DNA of 64,000 nucleotides from NCBI RefSeq assembly GCF_006345805.1, contig NC_043004.1, positions 16,058,001-16,122,000 of the forward strand. Direction: 5' to 3'. The DNA is from Octopus sinensis. Lineage: Eukaryota. The position numbers were made by a program, and so were the translations under genes. Below, in pieces: positions 12,869 through 27,099 of this stretch (position 1 is the stretch's first letter; each line of letters opens with the position of its first letter). The notes below the pieces were generated by a model. That model saw nothing but the letters and a program-made list of their open reading frames with translations, searched no databases and was not told where the DNA came from.

Positions 12869-13265
12869 TCTTTACTCTCTTTTACTCTTTTGCTTATTTC
12901 AGTCACTTGACTGTGGCCATGCTGGGGCAAAGCCTTTAGTCGAGCAAATTAACCCCAGGACTTATAATTTGGAAGCCTAGTACTTATTCTATCGCACTCT
13001 TTTGCCGAACCGCTAAGTTACGGGTGTCAAGCGATGTTGGAGGGACAAGCACATACACGCAAACATATACACAAACATAAATATATATATATGTACATAT
13101 ACACGACGGGCTTCTTTCACTTTCCTTCTACCAAATCCACCCACAAGGCTTTGATCGGCCCGAGGCTATAGTAGTAGACTTGCCCATGGTGACACGCAGT
13201 GGGACTGAACGCGGAACTATGTGGTTGGTAAGCAAGCTACTTACCACACAGCCACTCCTGCGCCT
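12868..13265 (-). mobile_element. tRNA-derived SINE family 1, full length, with internal microsatellite
   Basis: Reverse complement of the family consensus from ggcgcaggagtggctgtgtggtaag to aaatgactgaaataagcaaaagagta. Confidence 0.9.
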
Positions 13266-13564
13266 ATATGCACATATTTATATAAATATATATATGCATA
13301 TATATATTTACATATTTGTGTCTGTATATATGTATGTATTTCTGTTATTTATGTATTTATTCATGTCTGTAAGCTTGTGTGAATTTGCTCATACACTACA
13401 ATGCTTCATGCAGACATGTGCTAGAATAATAAGCAAGAAGCAATCACTTGAGCACACCATATCTACTTGAAACTTTCTGAACAGTCGGCGGATGCGTTAA
13501 TTTTTTTATATTTATAAATCCTTTTATAACTAGGAATATTTCAAGTTATTGGTTATGTGTCATT

Positions 13565-13594
13565 AAGAAGAAGAAGAAGAAGAAGAACAACAAG

Positions 13595-13636
<42 letters not shown>

Positions 13637-14030
13637 AACAACAAGATGACAATGAGGATGATAATGATGATGATGATGATGCGGAAGAGGAGGAAAAAGA
13701 GATGGAGGATGAGGATGAGGATGGAAGAAGGGGGAGATGGTAATACTAATAAGCGTTGATGGTGTGGATGATGATGGAGATGTTGATTAGGGTGAAGGAG
13801 AAGAAGAAGAAAAGAAGAAGAAAAAGAAAAAGAAGAAGAACAACAACAACAACAATAAAAACAACAGCAACAACAAAATGATTAGTATATTGATGATGAC
13901 GTCGGTAATGACGATGTGAAAATAATGATGAAGACGAACAAGATGTAAAGTATGATACTAGTGATGATGACGATGATGATGAAGGCAGGTGGTAATGATG
14001 ATGATGATGGTCATGGTCATGGTGGCGATG
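13565..14030. repeat. Compound trinucleotide microsatellites (AAG, AAC, GAT, GAG)
   Basis: Directly visible. Confidence 0.9.
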
Positions 14031-14149
14031 ATGTATTTTTACATATGATAGTAAAAGAGCATATAATGAAGGTATATATTATGATAGTATATGATAGAAA
14101 GGGAGCGTATAATGGATTTGGCGGAGATCGGTTCCGACCGTTTACAAAC

Positions 14150-15290
14150 ATGATGCGGTGCGAAAGCACATCTGTTGTTAGCAACAGCGTCAAAGAATTG
14201 GAAACAGAGAGAAGAGAACTTCATTTGATCCAAAGTTCTCAACAAGGACAGATGAGGAATTGGGAGGAACACGGTGCTGAGAGAAAAATAGGCTGGAATG
14301 AGATATGGAAGTGGACTACGTCACGTCTAAGTTTTCTTATTCCTTCATCCTTCAATGTCTTGCCATCGCCTACAAATCTAGTAAGATGAAACGTCTCAGA
14401 AATTGACATGCAAATGTGAAAATGTCTGAACACTAATACATATTCTTTCCAACTGTTCATTGGCATTGAATGGATATACAGGGAGACACAATCTGGTCCT
14501 TGAGGTTAGTTTTAGTGCTATAAAGAACCAAATTGCTCTCATCATCAGTGCAAAACCATTTAAAGAAACAACCAGATATTTCATTAACTTCATGTACTCA
14601 GGAGAGCAGATTTGTTTGAAGAAGAAGAAACTTTCTGTGAGCGACGAAAAGCGGAACGGCTATTGGGAGGTGGCTGCAGATTTACATGGTTGGCAAGGAT
14701 TCTTTCCCATCCCAGTTAAGAAGAAAACGGATATCATAATATGGTGTGAAAGAAAGAAAGAAAGCGACCAGTTTAATCTAGTTAACGGTTCCTCATGAAG
14801 ATAACATGGACACCTCTCGCACTCGAAAGATTGACCATTAAGTAACCCCGCCCGAGGAATGTGAAGATGCACGCTGGAAAGTGGAGCATTTTCCAATCGT
14901 AGTCGGATGCAGAGAATCCGTTGGACATAGTGTAAGGCGAGTGTTGTGATCATTAGGCCTAACCCATCGTAAAGTAAATACCACCACGACTGATATCCAA
15001 ACAACAGTGGAAAAAGCAAGCCACTGTATTTGATTAAAATGAGACGATGAGCAATGACTAGAAGAATACTGAGCTAAATCTGATAACCAATTGATCTAGG
15101 AGGCAGGGTCTCATTTCAGTTAGCTGTGTCGGTGCACAATGATGCCATAGAGAGGTAGGCCCCGAAACGGTGCGCATTCTTTCCTGATGACGCCTTAAAG
15201 ATGCTGGCATCCTGTATCCAGAGCTTTCAACTGGTAGCTCTTGCACCTGAAAGATGTTTGGAAAATATATATAGCCCAATATTCTTGGGA
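14150..15290 (+). mobile_element. 3' portion of a HERO-like RLE non-LTR retrotransposon
   Basis: Reads ERKIGWNEIWKWTTSRLSFLIPSSFNVLPSPTNLVR, ALNGYTGRHNLVLE, WEVAADL...FPIP...TDIIIW, LTVPHEDN, WKVEHFPIVVGCR and VEKASH. These are the zinc-knuckle and PD-(D/E)XK region patterns of HERO/NeSL-type elements. Confidence 0.75.
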
Positions 15291-15559
15291 AAACTAGATT
15301 TAAATAAACATGTATCGTAACGAGAGAGAGGATGAGCCTGTGCGTGTTTGTGTATCGGAGAGAGTGTATTGTGTGTGTGTTTGTGTGTGTGCGTGTGTGA
15401 GTGTGTGTGTGAGTGTGTGTGTGTGTTTGTGCGCCTTATAATCATTTGTTGCAATGTAGCGGTCGTATATGTAACCAAAAACAATAAAAAGCATCGGAGC
15501 CGCGATGCATACCCTGCGCGCACACAAGGATAAAATAAATTTTAATTTAATACATATTT

Positions 15560-15850
15560 TCTCAAACGAATTCATACTTCAACAAAATGACATCAAGAGT
15601 TATTTACGCCACGTATAGTTTATGCATGTGTAAGAAAGAGAAAAACATTTTGATTTACCCGTCTGTCAGTTTTGAGCATAATAAAGCCAAAACTTTATGA
15701 GCTCGAGCCATTCACTCATTGTACATTTCTGCCAAATTTGTTGAAAATCCTTTCAGCCGTTATCCAACAATTTTGCAAATACACAGACAAACAGACAAAA
15801 ATGTGCGACTACAAGAACACTGCTTCGCTTATGCGTGCAGGGTTAATAAT
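15560..15850 (+). mobile_element. 3' part of a Helentron/DINE-1-like non-autonomous element
   Basis: gccaaatttgttgaaaatcctttcagccgtt...acagacaaacagac parallels gtcaagtttcatcagaatcggttgaaagccgt...acagacaaac in the 28713-29096 element. Confidence 0.45.
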
Positions 15851-16212
15851 CATTTCAATAAGTACGAGACGGTTCTAAACTGTGAGTAGAAACCTCTCGT
15901 GCAACATGTCTTTCACTCCACAGATGCATCTCAAAGAGAGAGAGAGAGGGGGGAGGGAGAGAGAGCGAGAGAGAGAGAGTTGTAATGTTAAATAGTCATT
16001 GCTTTTCCTCAGAATCAAAATCAACTTATTTTCGTAGATTTTGAAAATTCTATGTGGAGACATTCATCACTGCTAAGTTTAATTTTGAAGTTAGTTAAGC
16101 TAGTTAAACTAGTTAATTGTAGCAATTAATGATGATGTTATTTGGATATTGTGCTTTATCTCGTAAATTTACTCGAAAAGCTATTATTATTTTGGAACCA
16201 ATGGTGGTGCAA

Positions 16213-16376
16213 GGCGCAGGAGTGTCTGTGTGGTAAGTAGCTTGCTTACCAACCACATGGTTCCGGGTTCAGTTCCACTGCATGGAACCTTGTGCAAGTG
16301 TCTTCTACTATAGCTTCGAGCCGACCAAAGCTTTGTGAGTGGATTTGGTAGACGGAAACTGAAAGTCGAATATATG

Positions 16377-16415
<39 letters not shown>

Positions 16416-16612
16416 TTGTCTGTGTTGTCCCCCTAACATGGCTTGACAACCGATGCTGGTGTGTTTACGTCCCCGTAACTTAGCGGTTCAGCAAAGGAGA
16501 ATAAGTACTAGGCTTCCAAAGAATAAGTCCTGGGGTCGATTTGCTCGACTAAAAGACAGTGCTCCAGCATGGTCGCTGCCAAATGACTGAAACCAGTAAA
16601 AGAGTAATAAAT
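16213..16612 (+). mobile_element. tRNA-derived SINE family 1, full length
   Basis: Head ggcgcaggagtgtctgtgtggtaag, B box ggttcagttcc, internal (TA)n(TG)n, 3' end aaatgactgaaaccagtaaaagagta. Confidence 0.9.
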
Positions 16613-16934
16613 ACACTGCTTAAGGCAGTAATGGTGTCCAGTTGTGTAGATGTGGAAACATTACGGCGAGCAAATGGAACAGGTTAGGCCGTTCCCATTT
16701 AGTTTCAGCATTTCTGCACTGATATCTAAAGTGTACGAGGATAGGTGAAGATAATTTCAGAGAATTACAGATAATTGCATTTCTGATATGAAGAATTTGA
16801 CAAGACAATGAAAACATACAATTGTATAAACAAAATCGAATACGTGTAACGTTGTATCTTAGCAAATATTTATCAATTAGGAAAGTCGGTTGCTTTCGTG
16901 TTTCCAAAGTAATATATCTTTGTTTGTGTAAATG

Positions 16935-17145
16935 CGGCGAGAGGACAGAATTGTTAGCACACCGAGCAATAGGCTTAGCGGCACTTTATCCGTCTTTATG
17001 TTCTGAGTTCAAATTCCGCCGAGAAAGAATTTGCTTGTCATTCTTTCGAGGTCGATAAAATAAATACCAGCTGAATACCGGGTCGATATAATCGACTTAT
17101 CCTCTTCCCCGAAATCGCTGGTTTTGTACCAAAGTTTGAATTCAC
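16935..17145 (+). mobile_element. tRNA-derived SINE family 2 (Meta-domain-like)
   Basis: B box gagttcaaattcc followed by tcattctttcgaggtcgataaaataaataccagc, which resembles the MetaSINE central domain. Homologous to 44205-44765. Confidence 0.7.
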
Positions 17146-18074
17146 TATATTTGTTTGTGCATGTAGTTCTCTGTATAAGCATATTATTTTATATTGATAT
17201 ATGACGTGTAATTTCTATAGTAATCAATTCAAATATAATTACAATATTTTCAAATATATTTGGATTTCTTTAGAAAGTCGTCTTATAAACAGTTTCAGTT
17301 CGCTTAATTTAGTTAAAGAGTTTGAATATTGAAAGAGTTTCTTTTATTTAGAATTTTAAATAAAACAAACTAATCTACATTTTGCATTGGAAGATATATC
17401 TTTTTCTTATATTCACGAACAAGTAAAATGCCGAAATTTAAAGTATAAGTTCCGAAACAGACCACTCTCTCCACCATCTCGGCGAAATTTATAGTTACCA
17501 TTCGACTTTTTATAGTACTCTGTAAAGACCTTCACAAAATTAATATTTCGCTAAGAAAAATATTATTCACTTTTGTATAGATATGACATTTTGTACAAAC
17601 TCAAAATAAATAATAAAATATTAATGTAAATCTCTCTGCCATTCTAGGAAATAGATATATCACTGTTCTAATATATACTAGTAAATAGATTTTAGCACTA
17701 TTTTGAAATTACACTTTTTCTTTTAATGTATTATAGTGCTGTGTTTAGTTTGTAAGTTTGTAATCACGCAGGTACGCACATACATTCACATGATAGATAT
17801 GAGAAGGCGTGTATGTAGAAGTATGTATATGTGTGTATATTAAAGTATAAATAAATATAAGCCATCCATCATGCATTTAGTTACAATTCATGTTTATATT
17901 TGAAAAAGAAAAGCTACAGTTGTACACAATATATTGTGCTATTCATGAAATTTCAATTATGATTTACATGCCACAAATATACATGAATGGTATTACATAG
18001 CATGTATAGATTAAACGGACCGAATTAACTACACACACATGTCTATGTGTGTGCATGTGTTTATGTGCTTGTGT

Positions 18075-18080
18075 GCGTTC

Positions 18081-18147
<67 letters not shown>
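18075..18147. repeat. (GT)n microsatellite
   Basis: Directly visible. Confidence 0.95.
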
Positions 18148-18148
<1 letters not shown>

Positions 18149-20964
18149 CACACTAAATTGCGCCAGTACTAAAATATGAATTTGAAGACTAAATATATAA
18201 GCATGTTTAAGTATAATAATAGGACTTCAAACTCTCGGCACTTGGCACATTACTATACTGTAACCAAGCATGAGAAACGATTTTTTTTTGTTTTTGAGAA
18301 TATTTCATCAACTCTTCGGCGCAAAGTCAATAAAACCCTTAATAAACATCTGTTGCTGCTACAAATTCCAACATATCGAAACACATAAACCCGGTTTATT
18401 GGCACCCAGAGATATGCTTCCTTTTAACTCTATATTTTTGTCGTTTTAGAGATTGAAATGGCATACATTGCGAATTCCGCTCTACCTCTCTAAGATCTGT
18501 AATCATACCCTGCCGATTTCAGTTTTGCCTTTTCTTATTTATGCCTCAAAATGTAAGTCCAATGCTTGCGTCCCTCTCTCCCTCTCTTGTCACAGGTTGT
18601 CTGTTGTCTTAAGCGAAGGCTAGAGGAACCGAAAGATATTATATGCATACCCATGTTTGCAAGAGTAATCAATATACCTAAGTACGATACAAATGTATAC
18701 TCAATGTAAAACGAAGAACTCTTGATAAAAGCGTTTATCATTCTCCTAAAATCAGAATATTCTACAAGCAATATGTGTATGGAGGTTGCAGATATCTGTG
18801 ATTTTGTGACTATTCACTTCTATTTTCTGTGATTCGAATTGATATTTAAATTAATTCCTGGGAAAGTTTCATTCCATTCTCAATGACAATATGAGTATCG
18901 TTATAGTTATGTTTTCAGCTATGCCGAAAGTCAATTTCCATAGAAATTAACAGCGTGTTGAATAAAATCCATTTATATTAAATGATTGTTATATGACTGT
19001 ATTGACAGTATGAAACATATGCATTGGGAATTTTATCTCTTGCACCTTGCTACACTCTCATTTCCTTTAACCAATACCATTAACATTCTAATAATCTACT
19101 GACGTATAATGATTAAATGTATTTTCATTAAAATTTAACTTTTATAAGCTATATAATTTCACAGAATAATTATTCTCACACTATAATCAATAATGCCTTT
19201 AAAATATTTATCTTTGCCATCATTTCAATACCAAATCGTTTCGGGATTATTCTAAGTTTTTCTTACTTTTAAATTAGATATATTTTCACGAAATTTACGA
19301 GCGAGGCTTATATTTCAAGCTATCAAATATCAATTTACAACATTGTATTTTAAATAACATATGAAATATTTCCTCATGAGCAAATAACATTGCAAGAATT
19401 GATTAAACTTTTTGGATCCTATAATTATTTATTTACAAATGCAACGATTTATTCAATTTGCTCTAAATCTGTTTAGTATAGATACAAGGCAGTGTATGAA
19501 CAAATTATTAGTTGAATTGCATTAAGTACAAAATTTCTGTAATATATGTAAATTCATGCTTCATGTATTTCAAATATTATTTCGTTTTGAGCTCCTTTTA
19601 TAATCAATCGTCTTTGTGTATTTCTGACTCTATGTCCACCAGTGATTAGTGAGAAAAAAACAGATGACAAAATATTTAGCAAGAGATAAGAAAACGAGAA
19701 ATAGATAATTACTTCAATATTGTCTTCATAAAAAGAGAAGCACACAAATAGCTTTCCGTTGCTGTTTTTACACATTATGAATCTGACACAATATACTTTA
19801 TAACATTTTATGGTGAACTGCTATTAATTTGAGAAAATGGTGGTGAATAAACAATGGAATTGCGTAAGAAAATCATCAAACATATCTGATAGAGAAAACA
19901 GAACAGTAGCATTAACACATTTAATTATATTTCGATGTTGGCTAAAATATGTCTGATTATCTTGTGACTCGAATGACATTAATCATTATATAAATGAACT
20001 TCTGCACTTAAATTTAATATTAAAGAGTACCAGCAGGTGGTATATCTCCCGAAGATGATAAAACGCACACCACTATCAATAATTTCAAGGGGAAAGCAAA
20101 TGTCACACTCTGTCTAGCACGAGAATTTATAGGTGTCCATTAACCAATATTATGGGAAAATCATGTCTAGATTACCACACCAGCTTCCTCATAATTAATC
20201 ACTGGATAGCATCACGTGATGTATAATCATCCATAAATTTCAAGCCACGTATATCGGAAATTATGTTTCACATCTGGTCGTTTGGCTGTTATTTCAAGGT
20301 TTTTTTATATGCTGAGTTCCTGCAATTTGGCTACACAAACATATATTTATTAATTATTGAAGAATTAATTAATCCCAAATCTACAATCAGGATAGGGATA
20401 GTTAAATGAAATGTAGGATAACGATAATTAGAATTGTAATTCTTAGGTTGTCTAATATCGAGATATATTTAAGCATACACATGTTAAGTAATCAGTTAAT
20501 CTATCTATGTCAGTTGTGTGACTTTGATTAATTTAACATGATAAGCAGGTTCAGTACAGAAATATGTTTCAGCTGAGCACAAAATTACGCTTGAGGTATT
20601 TGGAACTTTCTTCTTGTCTCCGAATGCTAGTTGAAAATATTTAATTAAAATTAACGTTTAATATAATTAAGAACGTAATCGTATTTGCAGCCTTCTATTT
20701 CCAAAACGTTGTAACCTAGCTGGTATGTAAGAATTGCAAGCATAATTAAATTAATGATAATTTATTTCGAATTTTCATTGCATTCCAATTTCTAACATGT
20801 GTTACAACTTTATGGATATAATAATTACAATACTGACACGTGATGGTTTGTACAAAAGCAAATTTCTAAATTACAATTTAGTTTGAAAAAAGATTAAAAT
20901 CCTTAATTGTACACCACCAAATATAATAATAATAATAATGATGATGATGATGATGATGATGATG

Positions 20965-21009
<45 letters not shown>

Positions 21010-21010
<1 letters not shown>

Positions 21011-23134
21011 TATCGCAAAGGCTGAACAAGCACCTGGACGAAAACAAACTGTTCCCAGAAGAGCAGAAAGGATGCCGCAAGGGCTCATATGGCTGTAAAG
21101 ATCAACTAATGATTAATAAAGCCGTAACTGAAGACAGCCACAGAAAGAAGAAAGGCCTCAGTATGGCCTGGATTGACTACAAAAAGGCGTTTGATAGCAT
21201 CCCCCACACATGGATCCTCGAAACACTAGCCATTAACAAAGTAGCACCAACAATCATAAAATTCATAGAGCACTCTATGAATAAATGGCAAACAGTCCTA
21301 CACCTCCAAACAAAAGAGGGACTCATGAAAACCAAAGACATCCCCATTAGAAGAGGAATATTCCAGGGAGACACGCTATCTCCACTCCTTTTCTGCTTGG
21401 CACTGTCACCTCTATCTGATATGCTAAATAGAACTGGATGCGGATATAAATGTTACGGCAAAACGATAAGCCACATTTTATATATGGATGACCTAAAACT
21501 ATACGCTGCAAATGACAAACAGCTGGAAACACTATTAAAGACAGTTCATGGATTTACCAAAGAAATAGATATGAAATTTGGATTAGAAAAATGCGCCAAA
21601 GTAACCATGAAAAAGGAAAACTAGTTAAGAGTAACAACATCACACTAGATAAAACCAATGAAATAAAAGAATTAGACCAACGCCAAACTTACAAATACTT
21701 AGGAATCCATGAACTTGATAAGACACAACACACACAAATGAAGGAGAAAATAAAAAAAGAATATTATAGACGAGTTAGATCAATACTAAAAACAGAGCTC
21801 AATGCTAAAAACAAGATAATAGGTAATAACACTTTAGCTGTCCCAGTTATAAGTTACAGCTACAATATCCTTAACTGGACACGAAATGAACTGTCCAAAA
21901 TAGATAGGAAAACAAGAAAAATACTGACAGGATCTAGGATGCATCACCCAAAGTCTGACATAGAAAGACTATATATACAACGTATAGAAGGTGGTAGAGG
22001 CCTTATACAGCTGGAAAACTACTATAAAATAACCACCATAGGACTGCAAAAATACCTACGTCAGAAGAAAGGAAAACTGATCCAGATAGCAGCAAAACAC
22101 GAGCAAAACAAAAAACTGTTCTCAGTATTTAAGGAAGCTGACAAATACAAACAAGAAATCATACCACCTAATAAACACAAAGAAGAAGAAGAAGATGATG
22201 AAGAAACAACAAAAGCTATAAAACAAATGAAATCCAAACTAAAAATAGAACAGCAACGAGCCATGATAAAACGATGGCAAGAAAAACCCCTTCATGGTAA
22301 ATACTGCACTAAACTAAACGCAAAAGAAATAGACAAAGAAAAATCCCAGCAATGGTTGAGAAGCTCAGGACTCAAAGCAGAGACAGAGGGATTTTTAATT
22401 GCAGCACAAGACCAAAGCCTCCCCACCAGAAATTACCAAAAACATGTAATGAAAAGAAATATTACAAGTAACTGCAGAATATGTGGAGATGGACAAGAAA
22501 CAATAAATCATATTATCTCTAGCTGCCCAGTCCTGGCTAAGAAGGAATATATTCACAGACATGACAGAGTTGGAACCTACATACATTGGAAGCTATGCCA
22601 ACATTATGGAATAACAACAGAAAAAAGATGGTATAGGCACACACCAGAAAAGGTCACAGAAAACGAGAAAGCAACCATACTCTGGGATATGCCGATACAC
22701 ACAGATAGAGAAATTAAGGCCAACAGACCAGATATAGTTGTCAGAGATCATGAAGAAAAAAAATGCTTTCTAATTGATGTATCAATACCGGCAGATGACA
22801 ACGTGTCTCTAAAAGAAATGGAGAAACTCTCAAAATACAAAGACCTGGAAATAGAGGTAACTAGAATGTGGAACCTGAAAACAGAAACAATTCCTATCAT
22901 AGTAGGTGCATTAGGCATGATAAAAAAATATTCAGACAAATACATAACAAAAACACCAGGACTTACAAACACATATCATACAGAAAATTGCACTACTAGG
23001 CACTGCACACATCCTACGCAGAACACTTTCCATACAATAACCATCAGAGCATCACAACAAATCACAGCACATACCCAAGGCACACAGAGCTGCGCTCGGT
23101 AGTGAAGTGAAAGCACGCTATAAAAATAAAACTA

Positions 23135-23137
<3 letters not shown>
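21010..23137 (+). mobile_element. 5'-truncated Dong/R4 LINE (RT, CCHC knuckle, RLE endonuclease) inserted in (TAA)n
   Basis: RT motifs AWIDYKKAFDS, GIFQGDTLSPLLF and LYMDDLKLY. Knuckle CRICG...ETINHIISSC. RLE RPDIVV...LIDVSIP...EKLSKYKDL. Frameshifts near 21615 and 22975. Flanked by (AAT)n on both sides. Confidence 0.95.
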
Positions 23138-23170
<33 letters not shown>

Positions 23171-23540
23171 TGCCCTGATGCAGTACCAGACGGTGGCCCC
23201 CATGGCTTCTGAGTTTAACTGACTGAAAGTATTATCATGCACATTGTCTTGTCTTGGTATAAAAGATGGGCTACAGCAAGTATTCTGTTCAATACCACAG
23301 ATTTGCTTGTCAGTTAGCGTCCCTTATTGGCTAACGATGCGTGCATCTCTGATCACGAGCAGAGGCAATGGGGGAGCATCATAGCCATGTGCTGGAGGGA
23401 TTATTTGGGGTTTTAATAATTCACCTCTAGAAACATAGGATTTTCGTTCAATATCCTTAAACAACACTTATTCAGGATGGTTACATAACTTGAAAAAATT
23501 CAAACTGGGCCCCACCTGGAACGTTATGTACAGTTTATCT
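23171..23540. repeat. Probable interspersed repeat remnant (LINE/SINE-derived)
   Basis: Resembles, from memory only, a common octopus interspersed repeat. No second copy in this window. Confidence 0.3.
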
Positions 23541-23545
23541 TCATA

Positions 23546-23605
<60 letters not shown>

Positions 23606-23811
23606 ATATATATATATATATGTATGTATATATATATATATCAGATGAGAAGACGCTAACTTCAGCGTGAGATAAGCGCCCGGAAACAGAAGTGAGTCGT
23701 GAGTGTCTTGATATTCAAATTCCCAGTCAAATTAAAATAGTCTAACAGGGCTAAATTTGCCTTTAATCGAATAAGAAATTAAACAAAAGACGGTGAAATA
23801 ATTACGGATTA

Positions 23812-23982
23812 GGTGCTGGATTGGCTGCGTGGTAAGTAGCTTGCTTACCAACCACATGGTTCCGGGTTCAGTTCCACTGTATGCCACCTTGGGCAAGTGT
23901 CTTCTACTATCACCTCGGGCCGACCAAAGCCTTATGAGCGGATTCGGTAGACGAAAACTGAAAAAAGTCCGTCGTATATATA

Positions 23983-24032
<50 letters not shown>

Positions 24033-24272
24033 TGTGTGTGTGTGTGTCTGTCTGTGTACATCTATATGTTTGTGTGTGTGTTTGTCCCCTCACCCTTCGT
24101 TTGACAGCCGATGCTGGTGTGTTTACATCCGCGTAGCTTAGCGATTCGGCAAAAAGAAACCGATAGAATAAGTACTAGGCTTACAAAGAATAAGTCCTCG
24201 GATGATCTGTTCGAATAAAGGCGGTGCTCAAGCAATGCCGCAGTCAAATGACTGAAACAAGTAAAAGATTAA
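23812..24272 (+). mobile_element. tRNA-derived SINE family 1 with internal (TA)n(TG)n
   Basis: Matches the family head, body and tail. Confidence 0.9.
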
Positions 24273-25039
24273 GAGACAAAAGAAGCAATAAATCATTTAT
24301 AGGAGATATTACTTATAGACAGTCAAAACTTTTGTGTGAATGTAAATCTTTACATCTGCTTGAAATATTCTGCGAGCAGAAGTATATAATGTGTCGTTAA
24401 TGAGGCAATCATTATTCCGAAAGTAGTAGAAGAAATGTAACAAATAAACTGGTATTAAGTATGCTACGGGAATATCTCCAACATGGAGTTGCTGAATGTT
24501 TGTCAGAACAACGAAAAATACAGATGAAAAAGTAGCACGAGACATTTCAAGTAATGCACTGTTATCAATAAAAAGAGAGTGGAAGAAGGAAATGATTACT
24601 CGTGGAGAGGAGAATACGGGGAAATGTGTATAGTTACTGGTGATGAAAATCAAACGTAAGTAAAAATGATAAAGTTTATGAAGAGCATAGAAAAACGGAG
24701 AGAAACAAGAAAGAAAAATGTTAAAAGGATAACAGAATTATATGGGATGCAAAACAAATGCCGCTTTTACAACTGGACTTTCATGGATAGTTTGAAATGT
24801 GCAATCTTTGTTGCACATTCCAAGAAATATAAAATAACGATAGACAATCAAAGGAAATCATCTAAAAAGTCAAAGTAACAAACCTAATAACTCCCTGCCA
24901 TGTAGAAGACGCCCTACCCCTATTTGGGGATCAAGGGTAGTATCACTGTCCGAACTAGTTGCTAGGATTGGAACTGTTATAAAGAAGATCAAATCAGGAT
25001 GTAAATATATAAAAGTTTAAATTTATGGAAAGACAAAAG

Positions 25040-26130
25040 TCTAAGGCAGGTGCATGAACAAGAAGCTGCTGTATTAGTTTGAAGCTCGGGTAAGTGAAAA
25101 AGTATTTTACGTTTCGAGCCAACACTCTTCAACAGAAAGGAATAAGAGAAAATAAACAGAGAGAGAATGAAAAACACTTGTGGATTTAGCGGTGAAGCAT
25201 GGCGACTGCTTAGAAAAAAGTTTGAAAGATGTTGAAAGAAGGGAAGATAATAAAGTATTGGTGATCCCAGAACGAAGGTGCGCGTGCATCTGTAGGTGAG
25301 AATGTGAAAATGTGTGTGTGAATAGGGGCTAGTGTGTGTGCGTCTGTAACGTGTGGCTGTTCATATAGTGGTATTGTGGTGTCGCAATTAAAGATGGGTG
25401 TGGGTGTGCGGATGATGGTGTGTGGTATTGGTACTGGGAAGTGGTCAGTGCTAGTGTGTGCGTGGAGTGGTGTGGTGTGGTTGTGTAGTGGTGTAATGGT
25501 GGGGTACGTGGGGGTACGTGGTAGGGTGTGGGTTGGTGGTACTAATAAAAATCGAAGGTGGGTAGGAACGAAGAGATGAAGTAAGTGTCAGATGAAGAGA
25601 GGATAAGAGGGGAGTAAGATGAAGAGAGGAGGGGAGCTGAGCTCATGTGACGCAAATGAGCAAAGAGAAGATTAACTCCTGTTCACGGCGAAGGTAGGTG
25701 TCCGGATGATCCCTGTGCAAAGACAGTCCGAACACAGAGAGGTGTTGTAGTGAACAACTGGTAGAGCGGAAATGGCGCGAGACGGAGGTGTCATTGCTGA
25801 GTCTGATGTCTCGGAGGTGCTCCACGAACTATTCCGCCAAGCGGCGTCCCGATTGACGCAAATACAGAGATGGGCAGAAAGAGCAGGAGATGCAGTAAAT
25901 TACGGTGCAGGAAGTTCAGGTAAAGGAGTCGGTGATATGATAGGGTGTTGGAGAGGTAGGAACAAGTACGGTAGCGCGGGCGTGAGTAGGGGAACGAGCC
26001 ATGCTGGGAGGTAGGGTTAGGGAAGAAAATGTGGACCAGGATGCCACACAGGTTGTGGACTTTCTTGAAGGATGGAAGAGGTAGGTTAGGGAGGATGTGC
26101 GAGGTAGAAGTGTCGGACTGAATATATATA
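25040..26130 (-). mobile_element. Penelope-like element: decayed GIY-YIG endonuclease and 3' UTR
   Basis: Minus strand: YHITDSFT.TSCTVIYCISCSFCPSLYLRQSGRRLAE...EHLRDIR...VSRHFRS...LSVFGL...REQELIFSL. The tail has CTGTTGA-a-gagt...gctc-GAAAC (HHR-like). Confidence 0.85.
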
Positions 26131-27099
26131 AGGATGTGCTATAAATATGTAAAAAGCAGCTAACCACGTAACAAAAATAAATTCAAGAATGTAGTGTAAT
26201 TACTAATTCTAATTAGACTAGGTAATTACACATGTAAACAAAAGTGTAGCACATCAAAGAAGAACGAGAATGTCATATTAAAATACAAGCTTACAGTTAT
26301 CTATCATGATAAGAATACATCGATTCATGGTTAAATGAAAATGTCATAAAAATCTGTGTTGGTATCATTTTTTTACATCATGCACTCTTTTAAGTGAAAA
26401 AATACCGATTGTCGAGGAATATTTCAAGTGATTCGCGGCTCCTCAAAATGTATGCAATATTACCACCCTTGTAAGATGTTCGACATCTAATAACAGACTA
26501 GCGGGGTATTATTTTAAAATAACATTAAAGTTACGAGTTGCAACTAAAACGACTGTAGCGTGGAAGACATATGTGTCAGCCATTCAGAAAAAAACACAAA
26601 GACTTAACTTCACTTAAATATTTATTGTTTGTAATAATATGGTGTCAAAAGTTTCGTCGATGGAAACTGCGACATATTCACTGACAGCACTGTTGCAACA
26701 AAACTATGGACTTGTAAGGTGATTTATATGTACCGTACTTATCTCTCGTTGTGTGTTCACGTATTTTTCACTCGTTGGTCATGTCATGTTCTTAATGTGT
26801 ATATTTTCATTTTATTTGTTGATGTGTGTATGTGAGTGTGCGTGTGTGTGTGGAGTTAGAAAAATTTTAGGTTATACTTTCTACCTTTTGCTTTTCTCTT
26901 TTTATTTTGCTCCATAGGTCAGTCTTTCCGGCTTAATGCTCATAGTGAGTTATCATTGACTTTTGGTACTTAACTACCTTTCAGGTATTCATTTTTCTCT
27001 TCTTTCTCGCTTCCATTTGCTTCCTACTTAGGATAAATACAATGCGGAGTCAGACGATTGAAGGTCTCAAGGAGTGGCTTTCTGAACACTGCAACTACT

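Noticed and set aside
18553-18596. GTAAGT...polypyrimidine CAG mini-intron
   Set aside because: Only about 43 nt long, flanking frames are short and unrecognisable, and there is no supporting context.
23641-23700. CAGATGA...GAAAC...GTC hammerhead-like string
   Set aside because: The core is mutated and stems I and II do not pair.
24560-24662. Possible exon ending in AC|GTAAGT (VEEGNDYSWRGEYGEMCIVTGDENQ)
   Set aside because: Strong donor, but no usable acceptor before the upstream in-frame stop, and the protein is not recognised.
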